Shown here one piece after another: positions 47,697 through 56,934 of a stretch of DNA of 64,000 bases. The position numbers were made by a program, and so were the translations under genes. The stretch spans positions 65,991 through 129,990 of the forward strand of contig JACQCQ010000009.1 of the NCBI GenBank assembly GCA_016201505.1. Reading direction: 5' to 3'. Source of the DNA: Candidatus Sungiibacteriota bacterium. GTDB lineage: Bacteria; Patescibacteriota; Minisyncoccia; Sungbacterales; JACQCQ01. How positions within the stretch are numbered: the stretch's first letter is position 1; each line of letters begins with the position of its first letter. The notes beneath the pieces are model-generated. The model saw only the letters and a list, made by a program, of their open reading frames with translations, was not told the origin of the DNA and ran no database searches.

Positions 47697-48773
47697 CTAT
47701 TTTCGTTCCGCCAGAACCGCTGAAGTCTCAAATTCAGGGTCACTTCCGCGCAGGACTTTAAATGTCAGTCTGTCGCCGATCTCGGATGTTTCGAGCACTT
47801 CTTCTAAAATATTTTTTTCGTCCAAGGGTTTTCCGTTCACTGACAAAATGATGTCTTTTTCGCGGATACCCGCCTCGGCCGCCGGACTGCCCTTAACGAC
47901 GCCTGCATGCTCCGGCGCGTGTTCACCGCGGATTAAAATCCCGTATGCGGTGGAGAGATGCAGTTTTTCTTTTAGAAAATCATTGATGGGAACGTAGCGA
48001 ATGCCAAGAAATGGCTTTTTTAATTTGCCGAATTTCATGACGGATGCTAAATCCTTCTTGGCGCGGTTAATGGGGATGGCAAATCCAATGTTTTGCGCAC
48101 CCTGCGCGATGGCCGAGTTAATAGCAATGACTTCTCCGGCGAGATTGACCAAAGGCCCGCCGGAGTTTCCCGGATTAATCGCGGCATCGGTTTGAATCAG
48201 TCCCCGCAAGTGCTCGGCGTGATGCTCATCATCCGACATGGCGGTAATAAAGCGCGAAAGGCCCGAAACGATGCCGGCCGAAACCGTGTTTTGAAATTCA
48301 CCGAGCGCGTTTCCGAGCGCCACCACGCTTTGGCCGAGTTTTATATCGTCTGAATTTCCAAGCTCCACGCTCGGCACGTTATTCGCCTCAATTTTTAAAA
48401 TCGCCACATCATTTAAGGGATCGCGGGCTAGGACTTTTGCGGTGTAGGTGTCATTGGCGGCGGTTAGGACGGTGTATTCGGCATCGGCATCAATGACGAC
48501 ATGCTTGTTCGTCAGGATATAGCCTTCGCGAGAGACCAAAAACCCGGAGCCAAAACCGACGCGGACTTTGCCGTCATCAGTTTTCGGCATATGCCGGATG
48601 ATCTCGCTTCTGGTTGTCGCGGCATGTTCGTCTTTTGCCTCACGCTCGATCTCCTGCCACATGCTTTCTGGGATAGAGTGGAGCAAGGCCTCGCTGTCTT
48701 TTCCGATCACAATGGAGACGACCGCCGGCAACGCTTTCTTGATAGCCTCAATAATTGATTCTTCGTGAGTCAT
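47697..48773 (-). CDS. HtrA/DegP-family serine protease with PDZ domain
   Basis: GSGF, TNKHV, IQTDAAINPGNSGGPL, PDZ (PFLGI, SPA..AG). Confidence 0.95.
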   Translation of the reverse strand: MTHEESIIEAIKKALPAVVSIVIGKDSEALLHSIPESMWQEIEREAKDEHAATTRSEIIRHMPKTDDGKVRVGFGSGFLVSREGYILTNKHVVIDADAEYTVLTAANDTYTAKVLARDPLNDVAILKIEANNVPSVELGNSDDIKLGQSVVALGNALGEFQNTVSAGIVSGLSRFITAMSDDEHHAEHLRGLIQTDAAINPGNSGGPLVNLAGEVIAINSAIAQGAQNIGFAIPINRAKKDLASVMKFGKLKKPFLGIRYVPINDFLKEKLHLSTAYGILIRGEHAPEHAGVVKGSPAAEAGIREKDIILSVNGKPLDEKNILEEVLETSEIGDRLTFKVLRGSDPEFETSAVLAERK

Positions 48774-48871
48774 GGAGTCAGTATATAGCGACTGGCGGTT
48801 AGCCACTAGCCACTAGAAATGGCATCAATAAGTCGCTATAGTGCGTAATGATCTGATAGAAAAAAAGTCTA

Positions 48872-48946
48872 GCCCTCGTAGTTCAACGGATAGAACAGCA
48901 CAGTCCTAACGTGCTAATAGAGGTTCAATTCCTCTCGAGGGCGCCA
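48872..48946 (+). tRNA. tRNA-Arg(CCU)
   Basis: GCCCTCG/CGAGGGC-G-CCA, anticodon loop GT-CCT-AA, GGTTCAATTCC. Confidence 0.88.
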
Positions 48947-48986
48947 GGCGCCCTTTCACAATCAAATACCGAAAAGGAGAAAAACG

Positions 48987-49535
48987 GTGGAGAAGACGTA
49001 TCACCTGACGCGTCTGGCCGGCTGTTCGTGGACAGCTGAAACCCCGGACAGGCTGTTGGCTGATCTGGAAAAGTTATTGAAGGATCATCTGCCGTTCCGC
49101 CATTACGGAGTGATGCACGAAAACGGCCAGGGCACATTCCAACTCGTGGCCCAACGAGTAATGGATGAGTTCCGCATGACCCGCGAATTCCCGGTCATCA
49201 TTCTCGGATTTCGCGACGATCTCGCGGGGCCGGGAAAATTTATCGCAGAGCGTTTTTTCGGCGGCCCGGACAGCTGGTATGAAACGAGACCCCTGCCTTT
49301 CGCCAACTTTAAAAGCCACGAGTTGTTGCTGCGTCACATCCGTCAGCAGTTTTCAGCTCATCTCTCCTGCCGTCAAGCGGCGCGATGGGGCAGTGAGGCG
49401 CGATCAAAGCTCGGCGCGGAGTATATCGCCTTCCGACTGCATCTCCTCGGGCGTGAAGGAACGCCCTTTCCGATTGGCCTCATCACCTTGGTCGAGGCCA
49501 AAGAGGAACGTGAAGCGCCGGCTCACATGACATGA
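48987..49535 (+). CDS. Hypothetical protein
   Basis: AAAGGAG Shine-Dalgarno, GTG start, hairpin at the stop; directly after the tRNA. Confidence 0.6.
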   Translation: MEKTYHLTRLAGCSWTAETPDRLLADLEKLLKDHLPFRHYGVMHENGQGTFQLVAQRVMDEFRMTREFPVIILGFRDDLAGPGKFIAERFFGGPDSWYETRPLPFANFKSHELLLRHIRQQFSAHLSCRQAARWGSEARSKLGAEYIAFRLHLLGREGTPFPIGLITLVEAKEEREAPAHMT

Positions 49536-49635
49536 GCCGGCGCGTTTTCATCCACCGTCACAGCAGACCTCGAGCATCAGCCCGAGGCTTGGTGCAAACC
49601 ATAGACAGATGTACCCTCGACAGGGTTGAAGTCTA

Positions 49636-49735
49636 GATGCTGTGGCGGATTCCGCTGATCTCGCAAGAGTTTCCGCCTTCGGCGGAAACTGCGAGATACC
49701 ACGGCCGCGTCAGACGCGGCCGTGGAGCTTCATTT
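49636..49735 (-). repeat. Copy of the 26376 structured repeat
   Basis: Reverse complement matches AAATGAAGCTCCACGG...CCGTGG...GCGGAATCCGCC. Confidence 0.7.
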
Positions 49736-49796
49736 GACTTATTTTTTCCGCCGCGTACACTAAAATCATACTTTTCATACTTTTTTAAGAAGCCTT

Positions 49797-50045
49797 ATGA
49801 AACCCAAACCCTTCGGTCAGCATACATTGTACGGCTCAACCACGGTCGGCGCTCGGGGCCAAGTCGTCATTCCGATTAAGGCGCGGCGCGATCTTAAATT
49901 AAAAGCCGGCGAAGAGATGCTCGTCGCTGGCGCGCATGGGCGCTTCTTAATGATCATGAAGATCTCGGAGATGAAGGGCATTATGGAGGAGCTTGCCGAA
50001 CGCATCTCGGAATTTAAAAAACTCGCCTCGACTGCAAAAAAATAA
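49797..50045 (+). CDS. AbrB-family regulator of the exporter operon
   Basis: G.TTVG.RGQVVIP..AR..L....GE. Confidence 0.88.
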   Translation: MKPKPFGQHTLYGSTTVGARGQVVIPIKARRDLKLKAGEEMLVAGAHGRFLMIMKISEMKGIMEELAERISEFKKLASTAKK

Positions 50046-50048
50046 CCT

Positions 50049-51575
50049 ATGGTTTTGAAATTGAGTCTTAAAACGTGGCTTTGGATTTTGGGCGCTGCCG
50101 TCATTCTCGGCGGTGGATATTTCGTGTTCCATAAATCCGCGCCGAAGACCGAACTGGTAAAAGCCAAAATGCGCGACGTGGTGGATGTGGTTACCGTAAC
50201 AGGATCCATCGAGCCGGCAACCAGCATCAATTTAGAATTTCTTTCAAGCGGCAAGGTGGTCTATCGGCCGGTGTGGGTAGGGTCTCAAGTTTCCGCCAGC
50301 CAGGTTCTGATGAGCCTGGATGGGCGCGACATCAATTTGCAAATTCAAAAAGCCGAAGCGGTGCAGGAAGGCAATCAAGCGAAACTCGATCAATTAAAAG
50401 CCGGAGCGACATCGGGGACTGTTGCCCAGCTGGAGAATGCACTGGCCGCAAGTTACGAGGAGGCGTTGGTTGCGCTGGATACGGCGCTCACCAAAGCCGA
50501 CAAGGCATTCACCATACTGCGCAGCGACGTGTATACGCAAACCAACACGGTGCGTACGGATTTTCAACTGCAGTTGGATTCAAGCGTGGCCAAAGCCCAA
50601 AACGATAAAAATGCCGCTGATGCGGCGGAGGCAGACGTGCGGTCTATGCGTGACGTGGCAGCGGTTAGCATTGCGGGGCCAAATCCATCCGGGAATTTGA
50701 ATGTCGATCTCTTCTTTCAAAAGGCGCCGGCGGAATTAAATGCGGTGAGCCAGTCGCTCGTCAGTTCGGTCGCATTGTTACGAGCCGTTATCTCGCCGAC
50801 CGTGAGCCAGTCAACCGTTAGCGGATATTTAACCGATATCGCCGGTGTTCAAAGCGAACTGAATACGGCCATGACCTCGCTCACGGATGCGGTTGCCGCC
50901 ATCCAGTCAGCCAAAGACGCGTTGCGGGTAAAAATTGAGCCGCCGCGCGCGGTAGATCTCGCAGTTTTGGAAGCTAACGTCAATTCTGCCACGGCCGATG
51001 TGGCTATCCTCAAGGAACAAAAAAGTGATTTAAGTTTGGTCGCTCCGGTTGGGGGAACGGTCACCGCGCTTAATTATGAAATCGGCGAAATTGCGCGTCC
51101 CAGCATAACGGCGGTCTCATTAATTTCGCGAGGTGGATTTGAAGTCGAGGCCAATGTCCCAGAAGTTGATATTGCCAAAGTCGCGCTTGCTGATCGCGTC
51201 AAAATTACGTTCGATTCATTGCCCGGGGAGACGTTCGATGGAAAAGTCACGCACATCGATCCAGCCGAAACCGTGGTCTCGGGGGTAACCAACTACAAGA
51301 TTAAAGTCGCGCTTGAAATAAAAGACAACCGCATTAAAAGCGGCGGGACGGCAAATCTCGCCATCGAGACCTTGCGAAAACCGCATGTCTTGACACTGCC
51401 GCAGTTTGGCATTATCGAGCGTGATGACGGCACGTTCGTCCATAAAATAGTCAACGGCAAAGAAGAGGAGGTCAAAATTACGACCGGCATTCGCAGTTCG
51501 GACGGGTATGTTGAAATTCTTTCGGGATTGCAAGAAGGCGAAGCGGTCGTGAATGTCGGAGTGAAAACGCATTAG
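50049..51575 (+). CDS. Efflux membrane-fusion/adaptor protein (MacA-like)
   Basis: N-terminal TM, lipoyl-like halves (V..G..V, AP..GTV), long coiled coil, VEILSGL.EGE. Confidence 0.9.
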   Translation: MVLKLSLKTWLWILGAAVILGGGYFVFHKSAPKTELVKAKMRDVVDVVTVTGSIEPATSINLEFLSSGKVVYRPVWVGSQVSASQVLMSLDGRDINLQIQKAEAVQEGNQAKLDQLKAGATSGTVAQLENALAASYEEALVALDTALTKADKAFTILRSDVYTQTNTVRTDFQLQLDSSVAKAQNDKNAADAAEADVRSMRDVAAVSIAGPNPSGNLNVDLFFQKAPAELNAVSQSLVSSVALLRAVISPTVSQSTVSGYLTDIAGVQSELNTAMTSLTDAVAAIQSAKDALRVKIEPPRAVDLAVLEANVNSATADVAILKEQKSDLSLVAPVGGTVTALNYEIGEIARPSITAVSLISRGGFEVEANVPEVDIAKVALADRVKITFDSLPGETFDGKVTHIDPAETVVSGVTNYKIKVALEIKDNRIKSGGTANLAIETLRKPHVLTLPQFGIIERDDGTFVHKIVNGKEEEVKITTGIRSSDGYVEILSGLQEGEAVVNVGVKTH

Positions 51576-51700
51576 CGTTAATTTCTAGATCCTAATTTCT
51601 AAATCCGAAACAAATGCCAACGCACAAAATCCCAAATTTAGAACTTTTGAATTTAGAATTTGTTTAGAGTTTAGGATTTCGTGCTTAGGATTTTGAACCT

Positions 51701-52417
51701 GTGATTTCCGTAAAAAATCTGGCAAAAGAATATCTCGTCGATGAAACAGCGACCAAAGCGCTTCGCGGTATCTCATTTGATATCGATGAAGGCGAGTTTG
51801 TGGCCGTCATGGGGCCATCAGGTTCGGGGAAATCGACTCTACTCCATATTTTGAGTTTTTTGGATCGTCCCACGGTAGGTTCGTATACATTCTTGGGAAA
51901 AAGTATTCAGGATTTAAGCGATCAAGAATTGGCCCACATTCGAAATCAAGAAATGGGATTTATCTTTCAGGCTTTTAACTTGCTTTCGCGCTCGTCCGTC
52001 TATCAAAATGTCGAAATTCCCTTGCTCTATTCAGATCTGCCGGTACGAGAGCGGAGACCACGCATTTTGAGCGCTGTGGCGTCAGTCGGACTTTCCGAAA
52101 AGTTAGGGACTGAAGCCGGCAGACTTTCAGGCGGTCAAAAACAGCGGGTGGCCATTGCCCGGGCGCTGGTTAATGAACCGGCCATCGTGTTCGCCGATGA
52201 GCCGACGGGTAATCTCGATTCAGAATCGGGCGGCGAGGTCATGGAAATTTTTGAAAAGCTGCATAATCAAGGCCGCACGATTGTGCTGGTTACGCATGAG
52301 ACCTACACCTCCGAATTTGCGCGTCGACTCATTCGATTAAAAGACGGCTTGATTGAAGTTGACGAGCCGATTGTGAAGCGGCATCGGCACCTTAACGGCG
52401 AAAAACTATTTAAATAA
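51701..52417 (+). CDS. ABC ATPase (MacB/LolD-like)
   Basis: GPSGSGKST, LSGGQKQRVAIARAL, ADEPTGNLD. Confidence 0.95.
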   Translation: MISVKNLAKEYLVDETATKALRGISFDIDEGEFVAVMGPSGSGKSTLLHILSFLDRPTVGSYTFLGKSIQDLSDQELAHIRNQEMGFIFQAFNLLSRSSVYQNVEIPLLYSDLPVRERRPRILSAVASVGLSEKLGTEAGRLSGGQKQRVAIARALVNEPAIVFADEPTGNLDSESGGEVMEIFEKLHNQGRTIVLVTHETYTSEFARRLIRLKDGLIEVDEPIVKRHRHLNGEKLFK

Positions 52418-52432
52418 ACTTCTGAAAAAATA

Positions 52433-52539
52433 CATCCCGTTAGAAGCCGCGATCGCGAAAGACGGAATACATATGAAAATTATAATTAAAATGATTTTAC
52501 AGCAAACGCGTTTGATCGCGATCTGCTTCTAACGGGATG
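52433..52539. repeat. CCCGTTAG...CTAACGGG element (copy 3)
   Basis: Perfect 15-bp inverted repeat CATCCCGTTAGAAGC; right end supplies the permease ATG. Confidence 0.8.
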
Positions 52540-53784
52540 AAATTTCAAGATGTGGCCAAAACTTCAGTCGAAGCCTTAAAACGAAATAAAACCCGCTCGA
52601 TATTGACGATGCTCGGCATTATCATCGGCATTGCCTCGGTTATTCTTTTAATGTCGCTCGGCCAATCGGCGCAGAATTTAATTTTAAACCAAGTCCAAGG
52701 GACCGGCTCAAATTTAATTTTCGTCATACCCGGGGGGACCGACAAAGGCTCGCGCTTTTCTTCTCCGGCATCTGTTCAGGGAATTGTCATCAAGACATTG
52801 ATCCAAGATGATTTAGATGCGTTAAAACGCGAGCCGACCATTGCCAAGGCCTCGGCCGAAGTAAGGGGTCAGGCCAAAATCGTCTACCAAAATAATGACT
52901 CAACGGTAACGTTCGATGGGACGAACGCCGATTTTTTCAGCATCCGTAATTTTACGATTGCGCGCGGCGCGGCATTCACCGATTCTGATCTCAACTCGTT
53001 CAATCGCGTCGCGGTTCTCGGGTCTGAAATTTCAAAAACTTTATTCGGCGAGCTCGATCCGATCGGCAAAACAATTCGACTGAAAGACGTTTCGTTTCGC
53101 GTGGTCGGCGTCTTAGACGCCAAGGGCTTAGGCCCGTTCGGCATCGATCAGGACAATTTAGTCTTGGTTCCGATCACGGTTGCGCAAAGACAGATGCTCG
53201 GGATTAATTATTTTAATGTGATTACGGTCGAGGCCTCGGACGCCTACACCATTGATTTTACCAAAGCGCGGATTATTTCCGTTTTGCGCCAGGATCATCG
53301 GATTACCGATCCCCACAAAGATGACTTTACCATCCGTACCCAGGAAGATGCGCTCGCACTCCTTGGCAACATTACTTCGATTATGAAATTATTTTTGATT
53401 TCAATCGCCTGCATTTCTTTAATTGTCGGCGGCATCGGCATTATGAACATCATGCTGGTCTCCGTCGTTGAGCGAACGCGCGAAATCGGCCTGCGGAAAG
53501 CCGTTGGGGCTACAAATAATGACATCCTGCAGCAATTTTTATTTGAAGCCGTCATGCTGACGTTTGCCGGCGGCGTTATCGGCATTGTCATCGGTTCGGG
53601 ACTTTCGGTGCTGGCGTATGTTGTGTTATCGAAACTCGTCTCGACCGGCTGGACGCTTTCACTCCCCATTTCCGCCGTCATTCTTGCGGCGGGCGTTTCT
53701 TCTCTGATCGGACTTGTCTTCGGCATTTATCCGGCGCGAAAAGCGGCCATCGCCAACCCCATTGATTCGCTGCGGTATGAGTAG
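52537..53784 (+). CDS. MacB-like ABC permease
   Basis: RS.LTMLGIIIG, GGIGIMNIMLVSV.ERTREIGLRKAVGA, P..LRYE. Confidence 0.95.
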   Translation: MKFQDVAKTSVEALKRNKTRSILTMLGIIIGIASVILLMSLGQSAQNLILNQVQGTGSNLIFVIPGGTDKGSRFSSPASVQGIVIKTLIQDDLDALKREPTIAKASAEVRGQAKIVYQNNDSTVTFDGTNADFFSIRNFTIARGAAFTDSDLNSFNRVAVLGSEISKTLFGELDPIGKTIRLKDVSFRVVGVLDAKGLGPFGIDQDNLVLVPITVAQRQMLGINYFNVITVEASDAYTIDFTKARIISVLRQDHRITDPHKDDFTIRTQEDALALLGNITSIMKLFLISIACISLIVGGIGIMNIMLVSVVERTREIGLRKAVGATNNDILQQFLFEAVMLTFAGGVIGIVIGSGLSVLAYVVLSKLVSTGWTLSLPISAVILAAGVSSLIGLVFGIYPARKAAIANPIDSLRYE

Positions 53785-54076
53785 CGGGCATTCGGCTTTT
53801 ATTTTTTGCAAACGGCGATTTTCCCACCGAGAAAATCACTTTCCCAATCTCCTCGCTCGTCCTGCCACGGCTTAGGACACCATGGTCGCTCGTCGATTGA
53901 GGATTTCAAAAAATAATAGTCTCATTTTTGTCTTTCTGAATGCAGGCCGTTGGCCTTTTTTAAATAAAGAACCCAGCCCTGTTCACTATGATCTTCCTCC
54001 TGCGTTGAAAACGCGTCTTTTTGCTGGTATTCTGTTAAGACGTTAAACGCGCAAAAATTTCAAGTCGAGTATTTCG

Positions 54077-54147
54077 GGGCCTATGGTATAGCGGCAACAC
54101 AACTCCATGGCATGGAGTAGTCCCGGGTCCGATTCCCGGTAGGTCCA
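54077..54147 (+). tRNA. tRNA-Ala(GGC)
   Basis: GGGCCTA/TAGGTCC with the G3:U70 identity pair, anticodon GGC; atypical T-loop TCCGATT. Confidence 0.85.
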
Positions 54148-54172
54148 CTGCTTCGCCTTCGGGCTACGCAGT

Positions 54173-54358
54173 GCAAGCACTGTTAGCACAAGAAAGGCCT
54201 ATCAAAAGAGATGAGATCAAAATCAAGAAGCAGTGTCCTGCGTAGCTCGGAGAGCGAAGCAGGGCAAGCACTGTTAGCACAAGAAAGGCCTATCAAAAGA
54301 GATGAGATCAAAATCAAGAAGCAGTGTCCTGCGTAGCTCGGAGAGCGAAGCGGGGCAA
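54173..54358 (+). repeat. 91-bp tandem duplication containing REP-like hairpins
   Basis: Units start at 54173 and 54264; CTGCGTAGC...GCGAAGCAG is the inverse of CTGCTTCGC...GCTACGCAG at 54148. Confidence 0.9.
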
Positions 54359-54362
54359 CGAT

Positions 54363-54602
54363 ATGTATTTCACCTATATTCTTCGGAGTGATAAAGATGG
54401 AAGCTGTTATACTGGCATAACGGATAATTTGAAACGGCGTATAGCTGAGCACAATTCGGGCAATGTAACTTATACATCAAGTAAGAGCCCTTTTAGGCTT
54501 GTATGGTTTTGCGGATTCCCGACTAAGAAAAAAGCTTTAGAGTTTGAGCTATATCTGAAGTCGCATTCTGGGATTGCGTTTAGGAATAAGAGGTTGATTT
54601 AG
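54363..54602 (+). CDS. Small GIY-YIG nuclease family protein
   Basis: YFTYILRS..D...YTG.T.NLKRR..EHNSG...YT. Confidence 0.92.
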   Translation: MYFTYILRSDKDGSCYTGITDNLKRRIAEHNSGNVTYTSSKSPFRLVWFCGFPTKKKALEFELYLKSHSGIAFRNKRLI

Positions 54603-54778
54603 ATTGTAAAAAGTTTGATTCTCATCGGGATATAAAAAGAACTCCCTCGAACCTCCACCGGTGAAGATGGAGATCCGAGAGGTAACGCATGTTGCCTAAC
54701 GTCCAGATAAGGTCCACCAAATGAAAAAAGTTAACCGTGAGACAAAAAATTGAGGGCTCTTTTGCAAAAGAGCCCCGG

Positions 54779-55039
54779 TTAGGAGGAGGACGGTACTGCT
54801 CCCGGTCCTTTGAAGATGGCAATGGTTGAGCCGTCTGGCTCAATCCGGATATATCCGGCGGCCGCCATTTCATGGAGCACCTGACGGAAGGGCCGATCCG
54901 CAGAAAAAAAGAGATCGAGTCCGAGCCCACGCATTCTCGTCAAGGTATCGGCCAGAAGCTCGTTCGGACTCCGCTTCCGATCATCAGCCGCCACGACATC
55001 GAGCATGATGGAAACAACTCGATCCTCGGTTGTTATCAT
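54779..55039 (-). CDS. Hypothetical protein
   Basis: AGGAGG Shine-Dalgarno before the ATG. Confidence 0.45.
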   Translation of the reverse strand: MITTEDRVVSIMLDVVAADDRKRSPNELLADTLTRMRGLGLDLFFSADRPFRQVLHEMAAAGYIRIEPDGSTIAIFKGPGAVPSSS

Positions 55040-55184
55040 GGCAACACCTCCTGTAACTCCAGTATAGTCGCATCGGCCCGATAAGTTTTCCACCCACCCT
55101 TTCTCGCGCGAAACCTTTGACGAATGGGCACAGTTATAGTAGACAAAGGGAGTCAGCCAATCCTTTAAATGGAACATTTCGCAC

Positions 55185-55808
55185 ATGTCTTTGGATCAAA
55201 ATGACTCTCAGCTTGGTTTCTACGACGAAGGACAAGATGGACTAAAAGACGAGGTTCTGCTCCACGCTTCCGCGGACGACCCTCGTCTTTTTGAGGTTAT
55301 CGTCCGCCGCTATCAGGAGCCGTTTTTACGAGCCGCGACCCGCATTGTGCGCCGGCGTGAAGATGCCGAAGACATCGTCCAGGAAGCCTTTTTAAAAATT
55401 TATAGAAATGCGGGAAAATTCGTAAAACAGGAAAATATCGAATTTAAAAGTTGGGCCTACAAGGTTGTGTTAAATACCGCCTTCACGCATTATCAACGGC
55501 TAAAAAAACGCGGGATTTCCGAAGAGTCAGACGAAGCACTGCTCACGGTTGGAAAAGATGAGCACATAGAGGACGCGCTTCATACCAAGATGTTGCTCGA
55601 GCGCGTTATGGCTGATCTCCCCGAAGATCTGGCCCACGTTTTGCGCCAACACTACATAGCCGATAAAGCCTATGAGACCATTGCGGGCGAAGAAAGAACG
55701 ACGATCGCCTCAATTAAAATGAGGCTCTATCGAGCGCGCAAGGCCTTTAAGAAACTTTCAGACGATAAGCCGAGTTCCATAGAAAAGAAGCCTAATCACA
55801 CTTATTGA
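55185..55808 (+). CDS. ECF-type RNA polymerase sigma factor
   Basis: AEDIVQEAF.K.Y, FKSW.Y...N, region 4 Y..IA......K.RL.RAR. Confidence 0.92.
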   Translation: MSLDQNDSQLGFYDEGQDGLKDEVLLHASADDPRLFEVIVRRYQEPFLRAATRIVRRREDAEDIVQEAFLKIYRNAGKFVKQENIEFKSWAYKVVLNTAFTHYQRLKKRGISEESDEALLTVGKDEHIEDALHTKMLLERVMADLPEDLAHVLRQHYIADKAYETIAGEERTTIASIKMRLYRARKAFKKLSDDKPSSIEKKPNHTY

Positions 55809-55809
55809 T

Positions 55810-56166
55810 ATGCAAATTAGCGTGCCACATGACCATTTAACCAAGCGGATCATGCGCCGGGTCTTTGCCACCTGGTTTATTCGGCGGATACTGCCGCCGC
55901 TCGTTTTAGAGTTTGGCGCCCTGGGGCTCGTGCTTGCCGGAATTCATGAATATATTTCCATTCGGTTTGTGATGCGGAACGCCGTTCACGCCATTCACGG
56001 CGTTCCGTCTCTAATTATGTTCTCCGAGAGCGCCCTGGCACACACGGCTTTTGTGCCGCGCCTGCTGATGGCGGCGTCAATTATGCTCGCCATACTTCTT
56101 ATTCGGGATCTGCGGCGCATTGTGTCGCGGCCCATGGCACGAGCTCGCGGCTTTGTATCGGTCTAA
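55810..56166 (+). CDS. Membrane protein, putative anti-sigma factor
   Basis: L..RIM motif followed by two TM segments; directly after the ECF gene. Confidence 0.55.
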   Translation: MQISVPHDHLTKRIMRRVFATWFIRRILPPLVLEFGALGLVLAGIHEYISIRFVMRNAVHAIHGVPSLIMFSESALAHTAFVPRLLMAASIMLAILLIRDLRRIVSRPMARARGFVSV

Positions 56167-56195
56167 TTTTTTTCAAAAGAAAAGTTCGACGACGA

Positions 56196-56228
56196 AAAAC
56201 GCCACTCAGCCTGAGTGGCGTTTTTTTC
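56196..56228 (+). terminator. Intrinsic terminator
   Basis: AAAACGCCACTCAG-C-CTGAGTGGCGTTTTTTTT. Confidence 0.8.
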
Positions 56229-56425
56229 TTCCGCCGCCGCCAGAGATTAAGTTTATAGGAATAAGTCATACCAGAAAGAGAATAACCGGGATGGGGTAGA
56301 AATTCGATGTGTGTGCTTTGGCGGATTCCGCAGTATCTTGCAAGAGTTCACCTTCGGTGAAATGCAAGATATTCACGGCCTCTGGCCATGAAGCTCCAAT
56401 TTCTGCTACGATAGTTACGATTTTT

Positions 56426-56854
56426 ATGAAGGTCATTCACGAAAGTGAAAATTCATACATTCTTGCCTGGTTTCGCGGCGAGGAGGTAATTTCGTCGCTC
56501 TCTGAATTTTTAGAGAGAGAAAATATCCGGGCCTCGCATTTTAGCGGGCTCGGCGCGGCCGAATCGCTTGAAATCGCATTTTACAATCTGGATGCCAAAG
56601 AATATGAGAAAAAATCGGCCAATTATGACGTTGAGATTCTCTCGCTGGTTGGAAACAGTGCCATGATGGACGGGCGCCCCATCGTGCATATGCACGGCGT
56701 ATTCGCCAAACGCGATTTTTCCGCCTTCGGCGGCCATGTATTTTCCATTCATGTCTCGGGGGCGTGTGAACTGCATGTAACGCGCATGTCCGGCATCATG
56801 AAGCGCGAGTACGATGAGGCCTCGGGGCTCAATCTCCTCTGTGAACTCGACTGA
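56426..56854 (+). CDS. PPC/DUF296 domain protein
   Basis: GE.V...L, SGLGA, EILSL.GN, P.VH.H, GGH, E. Confidence 0.9.
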   Translation: MKVIHESENSYILAWFRGEEVISSLSEFLERENIRASHFSGLGAAESLEIAFYNLDAKEYEKKSANYDVEILSLVGNSAMMDGRPIVHMHGVFAKRDFSAFGGHVFSIHVSGACELHVTRMSGIMKREYDEASGLNLLCELD

Positions 56855-56934
56855 AAGCTTAGAGCGAACTCAACTAAACTATTTATTGAATTGAGCCTCA
56901 TTTCCTGCTAGATTGGCTTGGTATTTAGCCTTAG

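Noticed and set aside
54173-54358. CRISPR array
   Set aside because: The two units are identical over their whole length, with no unique spacers
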